A stretch of DNA of 64,000 nt from the human T2T-CHM13v2.0 reference genome, Homo sapiens (GCF_009914755.1 NC_060925.1); one strand, 5' to 3'. Positions 32,618 to 48,380 are shown, numbered from the stretch's first letter. The notes: a model not told the origin generated them from the letters alone. Numbers and translations: made by a program.

Positions 32618-34108
32618 AAGCTCTCTGAGCTTTATTTTCCTCATTAGTAAAAAGGGAACCGACTCTTCAGGGATTTTGTGAGGATTAAATGAGATCATAT
32701 GTACAAGTCAAGTACCTCCCACATAGAGGTACTGAGTCAATGTTATTATTTTTATGATTATTAATATATATTTTGTGTTCTCAAGAAAAAAGCTATTTAT
32801 TTGAAGATATCAAACATATAATCAAATATTAAATGGATTAGTAGTAGCAATAAGTGTCATTGGAATCAGAACTCAAGAAAATATTTATGAGATTAATACT
32901 ATTTTTAAATAACTTTTTCATGATATTATATAAGTAGTATATACTCATTATAGGAAACTGGGGACAGAGAGAGCAAAAAGCATAAAGAAGAAGTGTTTTA
33001 GGGACATTAAGACAAAATCCACACATACCTAATACCAGAAAGTGTCAGAGTTATGCCAATGGTACTTAAAACTTATAAGATTTTCTAAAGGAAGTAAAAT
33101 TTATCAACAAGAGAGTAGATATTTAAGTTGATATGGCTGCATAATGGAATACTATATAACTGTTAATAAAAATGAGGTAAATCTTTATGTCTTGTCTGGG
33201 AAAGATCACCAGAATATATTGTTAATTTTTAAAAGCAAGTTGAAGAACAAACCATACGTGGTTGTTTTGTTAAACATGTTTTCCTCTGAGATTTGGCTTT
33301 CTCTCACTTTACTTGCTCCTGCACTCTTTTGTTCTATTGCCACTTAGTAATAAAAAAGGATCTAAGAAAGGCAAAAAGAACATATAAAGGGAGGTGACAA
33401 AGGAAAGCAGGAGATGTCACAGAGCTCCAAAATAAAACAAAGAATACTTTCTTATCAATGAGCAAAGAGGCTAAAAACATCTGTTCCAATGTGATGGCCT
33501 GAAATGGATGTGGGTGTGGTAGCCTGAGTCCCGGGCCGTGTAAAGGGGAGATAGGAGGCCTGCCCCGCTCTGTGCTGTCGCCTCTTGGGAACCACAGATA
33601 ACTCACTTGTAGCATTCTTTCCACTGAAGTGTTGAGCATCACTCAATAACTGTGCAGCAAAGCCCCAGTGGAATGTTGATATCGAAGAATAAAGAAAATA
33701 CCTGCTTGATGGAATGTGAGATGAGAAGTAAACTAAGCTTCACTGTTTACATTCATTAATTCATTCATTCATTCAATGAATTCAACAATATTCAATGTGT
33801 TCAGCAAACATTCATTGATGAGCAGATAGCCAGGATGATAACCCGGTCCCTCACAAGCGGTGTGAGCTCCCGTGCTATGATGCACACTGTGGCCGGACTC
33901 TCTCTGGCTCTGTTGTTTGACACCATCATAGCAGTAAGCATGACAGTAACGGCTGCAGTAACGTAAGATTATTTCCTAGAAGTCAATACAAAGGAAGAAA
34001 TAACCTTATGCATCTGGCAGGCCTTCTGATCATGATACTTAAAACTTAAAAAAAAAAAAAAAGTCACATGATGCAAGGAAATAAAATGAAGCAAAACGAG
34101 AGAATGCA

Positions 34109-34420
<312 letters not shown>

Positions 34421-34769
34421 GAGAGAGAATGCATTTGATCCATGTCTTAAAATCGGAAAGCCATGGAGGCCAAACTATACAGAAGGACTCAACAAAAATA
34501 GCTAAGTTTTTAAATCACTATTTGTCAGGAACATGCATTATCTCATTTAATCTTCACAGCACCCCTGGGAGGCCAGGTATAGACCTCACATATAAAATGT
34601 GGAAGATACTGATGCCTCAAAAGGTGGAGTAACTTTCCAGGGTCACATAGCTTCTAAGTGTCCTTTCAGCCAGGATTTCAATGCGCATAGCCTGCTTCAT
34701 TAAAATGTACCACAAATATATTAAGTACTGAGAACACACTAAAAAGAAAAGTACACCCCTGGCATCTGG

Positions 34770-35640
34770 AAACTGATACTATACAAGACCTTGGTGTTGG
34801 TGGGACTGGCCTGGCTCTCACAGCTAAGCCATTGTATTCCCCTGTGGAGCACAAACCATCTCTCAGAACACCAGCACCAGACAAGAGGCCACTGTGACTG
34901 TGATGAAGTGAGGTGAGAAACAAGATCACTCTGTAATACCATCTCAGCACAGACAAAAACAAGAGCACTGTGCAAATCCCTAAAATCCCAGACCCCACCC
35001 TGGATAAAATGAGTGACAGCAGCCTCAGCCTACCAAAGTGCTGGGATTACAGGTGTGAGCCACTGCAGAGGGAGGCAGAGGCAGGAAGATCACTTGAGCT
35101 CAGGAGTTCAAGACCAGCCTGGCAACATAGCAAGACCTTGTCTCTGATAAAAAAAAAATCAGAAAAACTAGCGAAGAGTGGTAGTCCAAACCTGTAGTCC
35201 CAGCTACTCAGGAGGCTGAGGTGGGAGGATCACTTGAGCCCAGAAGGTCGAGGCTGCAGTGAGCTATGGGCCTGCCGCTGCACTCTAGCCTAAGCAACAG
35301 AGCTAGACTCTGTCTCAAAAAAAGAAAAAAGTGACAACTGCTCCCAGTTAAAACTTGAGCCTTGCTTCATTCCTCCCCGCTTCCCTTAAAGATAGGATTT
35401 ATTAAGATACCTGGTCAGAGTTATCCCCACTTGCTGACAGCATCCAATCCAAAGCAAAGCCTCATTTCCTTTAATCCTCCCCCAAAATCACCTAACATGA
35501 ACCCAAATCCTCAAGTTTGTGAACACCCTCTTGCTGATATGCCCCGTGGTTCCCCATGGTGTACCTTCTCCTCTTGGCATCAATTATTAAACCCAACTCA
35601 TTCAACCACAGGTGTGTTCGTCTCTAGCTGGAAGGCATTG
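34770..35640. mobile_element. ERV LTR remnant interrupted by an Alu
   Basis: LTR-like CCAAT and poly(A)-type motifs (catccaatcc; attaaacccaactc...caggtgtgttc). Confidence 0.45.
35022..35329 (+). mobile_element. AluJ-like with inverted 5' segment
   Basis: 35022-35066 is the Alu 5' end in antisense; 35070-35329 is the remaining Alu in sense with A tail. Confidence 0.8.
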
Positions 35641-36433
35641 ACAGAATGGAGGTTCACCCAGAGTCAGCTGAAGACTTCGTTGCCTCTGACTGGAACCCTG
35701 GACTCAGTAGCCCTCTAGCAATTGACATTACTGTTCGAGATGCCACCTGTGTATGGCTGGGAGGTGAGGTCCTGTTGTATCAAGCCCTGGTATTTTGTTG
35801 AAGCCCTTCAGCATTGAATTGTGTTTTCTTAGAAATAAGGGCCCTTGGAATTTGGGGGTGGAGAAGCAGGGTTCTGCGTCCAGGTCTGTATAGTTCTTTG
35901 GTAAAGTCATGTAATACAGCCTCTGCCATTTCAAATCTAACTGGGTGCTGACACTCAGGCTAATCTACACCATATATTTTTGACATTTCACGAGTAGTGA
36001 GTTAACAATTGGAATAACTCTGGCTCAAATTTTACTTATTAATTAAAGTTGGCATTTAAAGAAGATTTGTTAATAGCATTCATAGAACATTCAGAGACCC
36101 AGGCTCTGTGTTGAGCGTTCCGCATTTCCTTTAGTCTGCACGACAATCTCATGAGGCAGGAAATCTAATTGCCTCCATTCCACGCATGGCACAAATGAGG
36201 CCCAGAGAACTTTTGAAATTCTCTGGCAATTTACTTTCACAGGTCAAATAACTAACAAATAGTAGAGCTAGGATTTGAAAGCAGGCAGATTTCAAGACCA
36301 GAATGTTTAAACCTTAAACTATAGTTCATAGTATGTATTGATTTTTATAATAAAATCTCTCTGTAAACACTTTCCTATAACTTAACATTAGTCATACCAT
36401 GGGTCATGTCTCCCCACTCAGGAAGTGCTGTAA

Positions 36434-37123
<690 letters not shown>

Positions 37124-37988
37124 TGACCATGTGGTGAAAATATGAGATAAAGGAAAGTCCACCCTCTTTTTTGCCTCACACAAGATGAGAGAGGCCATGG
37201 CTCTGCTTACGCTCATGGGATATGTCAATATCAGAGTGTGCTCTGGAATCAGGACACTAGTCAAGGAAGGTCGCAGTTGGTCATCCACAGGAAGTCAGCT
37301 TTGGGGCAAAATGACACACTCACATAGAAAAGGAAGTCAGCCAGAAAGAGAAACCAGAAAAGAAATAACTTGGTAAGTGTAATGTAAAAATCAAAAAGAA
37401 AAAAAAAAGAAGAAGAAAGACTTTTGGCATAGAAGAAACAGACTACTCTATAATACTCTCTCCCCAGCTCATACAAAACTCGATTCACTAGCCTATAGAG
37501 AAAATGCATCCTTGCACCCTCTCACATTCTAACTTCCTTAGGTATCTTTGTGCTCTGCTTGTCTGCTGAAGAAGATAAACCCTGGGGGGTGCTGGGGTGA
37601 GAAGGAAACCACAGTGACAGGCTGGGGGAGTTTGTCCCTCCTCCTGGAGCAGAGGGAAGCAAGAGGGTTGACAAGAGGAAGTTTAGGGGTGGCTGGGAGC
37701 TGGCCAAGAGGCTCCTGCAACAGTACAGGCTGAGGTGATACAGCTGAACCTGAGGAACAGGCAGGAATGGAAAGGAGGCGCTGACATGAGTAGTACTTTG
37801 CAGGGAGCATTAGTTGAGCATAATGATGAGTTAGACATAGGATAAGAGTAAAGGCAGCATTAAACATGGCTGCAAGGTTTGAGCTGGTTTGTGGGGATAA
37901 GCCAGGGGGTAAGGGGGAATCTGGGGCAGCTGTTCCCACTGAAAGGAACAGAGAAGAGTCAAGGAAAGCTGATTTCAAAATTAGGATA

Positions 37989-38409
<421 letters not shown>

Positions 38410-39888
38410 ACAGTGAGTCCTTCTCTGATGGAGCTCAGCATCCTGGGCAGGACTGGAGATGCTAGTGGCTCAGTGCGTGTCAGGTGAAACGCTCTGTACA
38501 GAGCAACATAGAGCAGCTGAGGAAGATTTTTGGAGAAAATTGTCTTCTGAAAATATTCTATTCTTGGCATTTCCCCAATTTGCCCTCTCACACTCCTCCC
38601 ACCAAAGCTTTAAGGGCAATTGCCTAAAGAATTAAAACTAAGCTCTCAATTCAGAAGGTCCTTTCCCCTCTTTCTCCACTCGCTGAACCACTCCAGGGCT
38701 GATTTCAAATGCCAGCTCTCCTGTGAAGCTGTCTTTGACTCTTCATTCTTTCTTCTTCACTTTCACCCTGTTGCTTATACTACCATTTAGTGCTGTTTAG
38801 CATTGATGTTTAATTAATTGACAAAATGGAGTTACCTAGATGGCAGGAGGCAGGATAAGAACAGGAAAAATATGAATGCCAGATTGAAAGTGTGAAAGAA
38901 TAAGATCCATTGACATTTAAATCTGTTCTCATATGCATCATCTCCTTTAATTCCTACAACGCTGTGGTAGGTACCACAGGTTTTCATCATTAGCCTCATT
39001 TATAAATAAGAAAACTGAAGCTCAATGAAGTTATAGAATTTGTTCAAAGCCTGTAACTACTAACACCAAGAGTTGAAATTTTCCTTCATTCTTGTGTTTG
39101 TTTCATTCATTCATTCATTCACTCAGTAAATATTTATGGAGCTACCACTATGTGCCAGGTACTGTTCCAAATACTGTGATAGGGGCTGAAGAACACAGTG
39201 GTGGATTATGTAAAGCCTTATCTAGTGAGAGAGACTGAAAATAAGTGAATGCATAACTTAATGTTACAACATAATAGTGGTATGAAAAAAATATTCTGCA
39301 GGGTAAGAGACAGAGGGTAGGTGGGATTCTCTGTGGAATAGAGAGTCTGTACTCTAACTCCTGGGTTCAGTCCTCTGCTTCATCCTACAGACTCTTATTG
39401 TTGAAAGAAACTGATAGTCATGAAATGTCGTGTAGCCCCCTTTTATTGCAGACGCTACCCAGGGGTTGGAATGTGCACATTTGAGCACCAGAACGCATCC
39501 AGCACAAGGTTATCTCAGCAATCACAGGCTATACACAGCTGCCCTTAAACTCCCACTAAGTTGCACGGCCTTACTTAAGTTCACATGTGGACTATAAACT
39601 CCTTGAAGACAAGAATCACTTGCACACACTTTGCAATAAGTGTATGCTGATAAATCAATTAATTGATAAAAGCAATTGAAAAAACTGGAAGATTGTTCCT
39701 CTAATCCAACATTTATAAAGATTACAGTCAACCCATTGGAGATATTTCAAATCCAGAGACCCTCTCCAAAATAAGCCAGGCCTCTCTATCTTCCCTGAAT
39801 CCAAACAGCTTTCCCTTCTACACGAAGCCTACTGAGCCAAATCGGTCAGAGCCCAGGGCCAAAACGGTCTTTCTAGAAAACCAAATCA

Positions 39889-40156
39889 GGGCGGGGCATG
39901 GTGGCTCATGCCTGTAATGCCAGCACTTTGGGAGTCTGAGGAGGGTGGATCACTTGAGGTCAGGAGTTCAAGACCAGCCTAGCCAACATGGTGAAACCCC
40001 GTCTCTACTAAAAATAAAAAATTAGCCGGGCATGGTGGCGGGCGCCGTTAATCTCAGCTACTCAGGAGGCTTAGGCAGGAGAATCGCTTGAATCTGGGAG
40101 GCGGAGGTGGCAGTGAGCCCAGATGGTGCCACTGCACTCCAGCCTGGGTGACAGAA
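39889..40156 (+). mobile_element. AluS lacking A tail
   Basis: Alu dimer body. Confidence 0.88.
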
Positions 40157-40348
40157 GAAGGGGTGTGAAGGAGACTAGCAAAACAGAAAAACAGAAATAG
40201 GCCCAAATTATTAAAACCAATCCAAGGAGTTACTGAATAATAAACTTACCAGGGTAAGTGACAAAGACAAAATGAGTTCTGCTACTTTCAGTTATCTGTT
40301 TAATTGCCACAGACATATCTCAGTCATGTTTCTATTTTTTAAAAAAAT

Positions 40349-40354
40349 TTTATT
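40349..40354 (-). terminator. Distal polyadenylation signal AATAAA
   Basis: Minus strand TGTAAATAAA; TGTATGTA near 40400-40393; downstream TTTTGTCTTTGT at 40272-40261. Confidence 0.65.
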
Positions 40355-41687
40355 TACAGCACCATTGAACATCTTTGAAAGGTATGCTCATGTACATACA
40401 TTACTGGGGGATTCACATGCAATTATTAATGAGTTATTTAAACTTTATGTCTTAGAGTTTTGACAGTTCTCTCAAATGTGAGGATTGCAACTCTAGCAAA
40501 ATTGCCTGTGAGGACAGGAGGAGAATTTTAAGCAACAAAACTCCACAATACTGTAACATAACCTCAGATCTCCAGGAAGAGGTCACTCTCCCTTGAAAAT
40601 CATCCTTTCCGGATTGTTCTCATTAGAGTGCAGAGTAGGTGCAGTGTCTGGCATGGCTTTGTACTAAGAGGTGACAGTTGATCATCTAGCAAACATTCAA
40701 GAAAGTTCCATGTAAACAAAAAGGTACGAAATAAAACACATGAAAAGAGAAGCACCAGAAAATGACTCGTCTGCATTATCTAAACTCCAGATGGGTAAGA
40801 ACATGCAGATTACATTGAGGATTATCTTTCAATGCAATTTCCACTTGAGAAACTAAATTCCTGGTTTGACAACCTCATTTCTACCTGTGGCTACTCAAGG
40901 GTAAATAAACTAAGAAGCACAAATACGTGACACTTTATCAGGTGCATGACTTCTATAGAGCAGGCATGCAGTCCGCGATCATTCATCCAAACTCAAAATT
41001 CAAATCAGGTCATGTTTCTTCATTTTTTCTACATCAGTTTTTTTTTTGTTTTTTTTTTTTGCAGTCTTTTACTACAGGAATGTGAAGATATATTTAAAAA
41101 TAGAATACTTTAAAATCAGGAAATGTATTTTGCTCTCTTGAAGAAAATAGATATGATTTGGCAAAGGATAAAATTAGCCATAAATGATAAAGATTTTTTT
41201 AACATCTGAACTTGTCATTAGCACTAAGATGAGCTGCTTACCAGGAACTAAGAAGAATTAACATCATCAAGTTTAAAATCGATCATTTTAAATATGAAGG
41301 AGATTTAAACATCTCAACCCCATGAATCAATTGTGCTGATAACTATCCAGTCTCATTGGATAGTGGGCTCATCAAATTGAGGATATTCAGGAGTTAAAGA
41401 GATCAGCACAGAAGAGTGAGACCAAATGCTTTTTCTTCATTTCATTTACTGTTATAATGACTGATGAGTATAAAGGGATTTATAAGGGCTTTTCATTTCA
41501 AATTACATTTTTCTTTAAATATCCAAAGTTCTTATGTGGAAACAACTGCAATTTTTATGAATAGGCTGGTCTTGCCTTTAAAAATATGTTTTTAAAGAGC
41601 AAATTCTGCAGAATTAATTATTAAAAAGACTATGGGACTTTGGAGAGGCTTTCATTAACATTGTCCCTAAACTACCCTTAGTTCTAC

Positions 41688-41900
41688 CCAGTGGCTCAGA
41701 ACTTGGGGCAATTTTTTTTCCCAGGTTATATGTGGCAATGTCTGGAGACATTGGTTGTCACAACTTCGGGGGACAGTACCGGCATTTATGCATAGCGGTC
41801 AGGGGTGCAGCTAAACATCCTACAGTACACAACCCACACATCAGGAGCAAGAACACATCCAATTCAAAATGTCAGTAATGCCAAGACTGAGAACCCCTGG
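41688..41900. mobile_element. MER20-like hAT MITE in 3'UTR
   Basis: ggcaatgtctggagacattggttgtcacaact...caaaatgtcagtaatgccaagactgagaaccctg. Confidence 0.75.
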
Positions 41901-42437
41901 AGTAAGCCTCACAAAAGCTCTTATGACCTCACAGGGCAGCTGTCTTATTGTAATCCCAAATCTACCTCAGTGATTTCCTTGACATTCAAAACACCTGTCT
42001 CTACTGAACTTTAGAGTTCTTGATTTACCACCACTGGAATTTGCTCTACCAATGGCAAAAAAAAAAAAAAAAAAAAAAAAAGAACTAAATATGGAGAATA
42101 TTCTTAATTCTTCCTCAAATAATGTCTCCCTACTTTATTGACATTTTATCAAGAAGAGAGTAATTTTATTTTCTGTCAACAATGGAGCCTGTGGGTATTC
42201 ATAATGGCCCAATATCATGAAAAAAATTAATTATATTTTCAAAAACAATGTTGAGAGTCAGAAAATGAAACAGACAGTATTTCCTATGGCCAATGCTAAA
42301 ATAATGTGGAAAGGACTGTTTCTGTAGAAACAGAAGTGCAGTAGGGCCGTGTAGAAGGCCAGGTGAGCACACAGGACAACTGGTCCCTGAGCTGACACAC
42401 AAAATATGCCGTAGACTTTAAAAATTATGTCAGTTCT

Positions 42438-42746
42438 GGCCGGGCGCAGTGGCTTACGCCTGTAATCCCAGCACTTTGGGAGGCCGAGGTGGGTGGATCA
42501 CAAGGTCAGGAGATCGAGACCATCCTGGCTAACATGGTGAAACCCGGTCTCTACTAAAAATACAAAAAATTAGCCGGGCATGGTGGCGAGCACCTGTAAT
42601 CCCAGCTACTCCGGGAGGCTGAGGCAGGAGAATGGCGTGAACCCAGGAGGCAGAGCTTGCAGTGAGCCGAGATAGCACCACTGCACTCCAGCCTGGGCGA
42701 CAGAGCAAGACTCCGTCTCAAAGAAACAAACAAACAAACCAAAAAA
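42438..42746 (+). mobile_element. AluY in SLC30A10 3'UTR (antisense to mRNA)
   Basis: AluY diagnostics (gagatcgagaccatcctggctaac, gaatggcgtgaacc); TSD aaaattatgtcagttct at 42421-42437 and 42747-42763. Confidence 0.93.
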
Positions 42747-43685
42747 AAAATTATGTCAGTTCTTTAAAAAAAGGCGGGGAGGAGGGGATTTTCTGTAAAT
42801 AACCTAAGTATACAGGAGCACCAAACTGAGTGCCAGTGTTTTTCTAATCTTAAAGGAAAACAGTGCTGTTTTAAATCTATTTATCAGCTGCTACTGCCAC
42901 CAAGCAGGGCTGATTTAAAGGGAAAAAGAAAACTCTTGTATTTCCTTGGGAGAATTAAAAGGCAGGACAATTAAAGAGAGAGTGAAACCCAAGTGAAAAT
43001 AGCATACAGCAGGCATCACAGTGCCACAGGTGGCAAATGCAAGCCACTCAACCCAATACAAAATTATTGCACTTAGCATGATTGGACATTATTAAATGCA
43101 GTCAGCCAAACTGTCTTAAAAAGGTATTACTTCATATTGACTCCAGGCCATAATCTGGTATAACTGTCTATCAAGATACTTTTCTGAAGTTAGGTTTAAT
43201 TACAGTGGAATTAAGTGCCTTTTCTTACCCAGAAAAATATTTTAGAGATTAAAGAACAGTGTTTAAGTGCAAACTAATATCCATTCCTTCAGCCAGTTGC
43301 ACAAAAACTGTGAAATTATAATTTTCCCTTTTAATAAAGGCAGAATGATGTGAAATCAAATTAGACCTTCAAATTTGGAAGTCAGAGAAAAATTTCTTTT
43401 TTGGCTCTAAGGAATTTCAACCAATGTTTATGTAGGAGAATCTGGCCCACTGATCTCCATGCCAAGTTTCTTAAGAGGATGCACTGTTTTGTGTGAGTAC
43501 ATGCCACACTTTTAATACTAAAAATAGAAATTCTTACTTATTAACCCCTTTGAGCTTATAAAGGGCATATAACCTAGCCCAATAAGCTCCTAGAAATAAA
43601 AACATTTTTAGGCATTTTTCTATTTACCTACTTCACAGCCAATTTAAACTCAGATAATACATTTTCAAGGAATAAAGAATTTCCT

Positions 43686-43816
43686 GGCCAGGTGCAGTGG
43701 CTCATGACTGTTCTCCCAGTGCTTTGGGAGGCCAAGGCGGGAGAATCACTTGAGGCTAGGAGTTCAAGGCCAGCTGGGCAACATAGCGAGACCCTGTCTC
43801 TACAAAAAAAGAAAAA
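43686..43816 (+). mobile_element. Alu monomer (FLAM-like) in 3'UTR
   Basis: Left-arm monomer plus A tail; aatttcct on both flanks. Confidence 0.8.
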
Positions 43817-45335
43817 AATAATAATTTCCTATCCTACGGATCATAGCTGCTTATTTATTTTAGCCTTCAAATTTAGGACTAAGATACATTGTTTAAATAT
43901 GATGTTTGTTCTGTGGATGCTGCCTTCATTATCAACCCAGCACCTCTGAAAAACCCTGTGCAGATTCTGAACAGGACTTTACACACTAAGAGATGGTTAT
44001 TTTCAGACAATCTTGCAGTCTACCAGAGATGATACTAGTTGTCTAGTGAGGCACTTCCCATTTTCTCATACCTGTGAGACTGTTCTGATTTAAATACTGA
44101 TGTCTGAGCAATGTGTTAAAAACATGACAGATGCTTCTCTACTACCAACATAGTTTGGTTATGGGTCTGAATCCGATTATAAAAATTTTATTTGAACTTG
44201 GTAATATGGATCAGCGACATGAAAGAAAATTTTAAGTTCCTCAAAAACACATTAAAGGCAGCAATTAAGCTAATTCTCATTTCTCCCTTGGGCATCAACT
44301 TTTTCATTGAGTTACTAGTTGACAACTATAATAAATACTTTAAAATATGTCTAATTAAAGAGAAGGCAGTCTAGCTTATTTATTTCACAAGAATTAACAC
44401 TCAGTGTTATGCATTCTGCTATCCCAGGAATACTCTTTTCTGGTAAATGCTGCATAGATCAATGCAATCATATGAAAGAAAATTCAAACGAAATTTGGAA
44501 AAATAAGTAAATCATTATCAAAGCACTAAATGAAAACAGCTCCAACTATACTGACTCTAAAAGACAGTATATGAGTATTTGTGTCATACTTAAGGAAACT
44601 GAAATATTCCCTCACTTCCATGGAAAAAAATGTATTATATATTTAAGCATTTGAAACATTCTATAGCTGCAGTTCAGTTCACAGCAGAAAGTAAACATTA
44701 GTTTTCTCTCACCTCACAAAATGTAGAGATGGCCAACGCCCTCCTACTAACCTTTACCTCCTCTAGAATGTTCTGAGAATATTTTCTACCTTAATAGTTA
44801 TTCATTTTATATTTATTCAAAAATGAATCAAAGAAAAAAGATATTTCTTCAGTGCCAGAAATACTTAACTTGCCTCTTTTATGATCGTTAAGGGGATTGG
44901 GAAAAATACAGCTATTGTGGTACTTTAGTTTTTTCAATGTATTTAAGCTATGATCTCACCTGAGCATTAGCTAGAAGTTCTAATCAGTTTAGAAACAAGA
45001 ACTTCTTTGAACACTGTATCCGCAGCTATTGAGCCCCAGTCCCAGACTTTAATGTCCCTGATATATACACTAGTGCAGTTTGCTTTAGAAAATGCATGTT
45101 CAAGCTGAAACAGTCAAAGAGCAGCATGAGACACCCAGGGGAATGGAAAGGAGTTAGTTACATAAAAATTCACAGACACGTTTAACTAAAATCCCAAACA
45201 GCCAACCCCTAGTGAACACAGAGCATGCATGCTGCAAGTCTAGTCTGGGCCTACAACCCAGAAAGCTCTTTTTGTGAGCCAAGCTTGTGGTTCCAAAGTG
45301 CCTCGTCTATATGGTCTGATTATGTGAGTACCAGA

Positions 45336-45835
45336 TTAAAAATGCGTTCTGTTGACATAACATTGGTCCTCCTGAGTTTTGTTAAGACTTTGTCCGTGGT
45401 CACTCAGACAGCTATCCAAAGACACTTCAATAGCCACTTCTCTTGCGTCTCTTCTACTGAGGCCATCACTTCCGTATGTGTCTAGAGAGGGCCCACCATT
45501 GTGCTCAGCACAGCCATTGACGTGAGCCAGAGGCAGTGCCCCGGGGGGACAACACAGCTGCTTAGCACAGCCCTTGGAGATGCAGGGTGAGTTGCAGAGC
45601 AACAGTAAGTCCTTCTGCTCCAGGGGTTCCTTCAAGTCCACATTTTCAAACTGGATGGTCACATTGTGGATTCCCGCATGGTGGAAGATTTCTCGAATTT
45701 TTGTGCTGGCATCTTGATATCCCCTGTCCTTAGGATACTTGATGTGCAGGGTGGCAATAATCTTTCCACTTACAAGTTCCCAGATGTGCACTTCATGTAC
45801 ACTGCTAATTCCAGGCACAGCAGAGAGTTTACTCA
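45336..45835 (-). CDS. SLC30A10: SLC30A10 exon 4 coding part (cytosolic C-terminal domain to stop)
   Basis: Acceptor tcttctctgttatAG|TGAGT; SVHEVHIWELVSGKIIATLHI...HNVTIQFE CDF C-terminal motif; TAA at 45338-45336; four exons total 1458 nt = 485 aa + stop. Confidence 0.97.
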
Positions 45836-46855
45836 CTATAACAGAGAAGAGCAAACAAAAGCCAAGGTGAGCGCTGCATTTGAAACATGGAACTACCGGA
45901 GGGATATGGTTCCGTTAAGCATTCTCACCAAAATGGCTGCCTACTTACTACGAACAGCTGGAAGAAATTAGTTCTACCTCTGTGGGTACATTTGCCCTTA
46001 ACCTTCTTTCTCCACACATTGTTAGTCCACACAAAGTCATTTAAGAAAGTAAGTCTAACAACGACAAGAAAAAAGTCCCCAGGGTTGCTGAGTATACAAG
46101 GGAATGGACACTTGAATGAACTTCCCATAGTAGGATAAAGTGCAATGCCTTTTCTTAAAAGGGATGATTTGGCAACATGGATCAAAAAAAACCTTTCCTA
46201 GCAATTCTAGTACTAAAAGTTTAACCTAAAAGAAATAACCAAATATGTATGTACAAGAATGGTTTGGACAATGCTCCTTGTGTTCATTAAAAAGATGGAA
46301 CCAACAAGGAAATAGTTAAATCAATGATGTAATGGAATAGGATATAGTTGTTTAAAAGTAAGTTGCATATTTAAGGATATGAGAAAATGTACATAAGGTA
46401 TTTTTAAGTGAAAAAGCAAATTGCTAAACTGTGTGTATGGTATGATCTTTCTTTTTACACCGCATATAGAAGAAAATATTAACAGTGGTAGTTTCCATGG
46501 TCAAATTATGAAAGATTTCTATTATCTCATTTAGGCTCCTCTGTATTTTCTATACTTTCCAAAATGAGTATGTATTTAGAGAGATGGTATTCAGTGCTGA
46601 TTTGAGCAAAGGCTTTGCAGTCAGCTAGTTTGAATCCTAGTTTAGACATTTACTAACTGCATGACGTTAGGCAATTACCTAACCTCTCTGTGCCTCAGTT
46701 TCCTTATCTGTATAATAGAAATGATAATAGTACCTTTTTGTATTATTTTAAGGATTAAAATGAATTATTATAAGTAAAGCACTTGGAACACTTACATTTC
46801 TAGCATGTAGTAAACGCTATGAAAATATTGCTATTGTTATTACTATCTTGTGGGG

Positions 46856-47170
46856 TTTTTTTTTTTTTTTTTTTAGAGACAGAGTCTTGCCCTGTCTCCC
46901 AGGCTGGAGTGCAGTGGCATATTTATGGCTCTCTACAGCCTCAAACTCCAGGGCTCCAGTGATCCTCCCACCTCAGCCTACTGAGTAGCTGGGACCACAG
47001 GCACACACTACAACCTTTACTTTTTTATTTATTTATAAAAAATAATTTTTTTATTTTTCTAAAAATGAGGCCTCACTATGTTGCCCAGGCTGGTCTTGAA
47101 CTCCTGGCCTTATGCAATCCTTCCACTTCAGCCTCCCAAAGTGGTGAGATTACAGGAATGAGTCACAAAA
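46856..47170 (-). mobile_element. AluJ-like in intron 3 (MIR adjacent at ~46585-46840)
   Basis: Poly-T followed by antisense Alu body. Confidence 0.85.
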
Positions 47171-47543
47171 AGTAGCCCTCTATTTTTAAAAATATCTGTT
47201 TTTAAATATATTACTTTACTAAAAACATATCCAGTATATATCACAAATTTCTTTGTATATGTTTATCTTATTTCCTCAATTGGGAAATGATCTAGCTCCT
47301 GGGAAGGCAAAGGCAATGCTGTATGTCTGCTCTTCTGTCTCCTTCCCTCTCCCACCACCTGCTCTGCCTGCAGCTCTGGGCAGTGTTGTGAGAGACACAG
47401 TGACTTGCATGCCCGCATTAACTAGAAAGCAGGGTCTAGAATATGAATGATTTGTGTTTTTAGAATAAGGAGAATAAAATAAAGTTCTTGGCAGAAATGG
47501 CCTTATTTGAATTAAAATAAATCTTTGACATGAAAGTAAGTAG

Positions 47544-47983
<440 letters not shown>

Positions 47984-48140
47984 TAATAGGCTATAAAACA
48001 TATGATGACATCTCTACCACCTGGTGATTTAAGGTGTTTCAGAATACATAACTCAAACACTGCTCTTAAATAATGCTTGTCCTTTGGCCTGAATAACATT
48101 AAATTGAGAGTGGTTCTGGATCAAAATTCAGTCTACTTAC

Positions 48141-48380
48141 TCAGCTCTTCCATGTTGACTCCTTTTGGGACCATCTGTAGCAGAATGGCAGCGGTCTCCT
48201 TGATAAGCGGGAAGGCAGATGACAAAATGATGATGACCATGAGGACAGTCAGGCTGGGGTCAATGTAACACTGCCAGTTACACGGGTCCTCACTCTTCAG
48301 GGGAAGCACATAGAATATGATGGCCGTGATGACCACAACCACGGACCCCAGGGCATCTCCCATCACATGCAAAAGTACAC
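48141..48380 (-). CDS. SLC30A10: SLC30A10 exon 3 (240 nt, TM5-6, H244xxxD248)
   Basis: VLLHVMGDALGSVVVV...YIDPSLTVLMV...LLQMVPKG; acceptor ttcctggcAG|GT, donor CTGA|GTAAGT. Confidence 0.97.

Larger units (their letters stand above)
40330..45335 (-). other. SLC30A10: SLC30A10 3'UTR (long form, ~5 kb; shorter forms possible)
   Basis: Continuous with stop codon; distal AATAAA at 40354-40349 with UGUA upstream and GU-rich element downstream; proximal AATAAA at 44192-44187. Confidence 0.65.

Noticed and set aside
33560-33720. Donor-like motifs on the minus strand suggesting downstream read-through exons
   Set aside because: No convincing paired acceptor; unsupported without transcript data
40330-45335. 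Iron-responsive element in the 3'UTR
   Set aside because: The few CAGUGN hexamers checked lacked a pairing stem; not exhaustively searched
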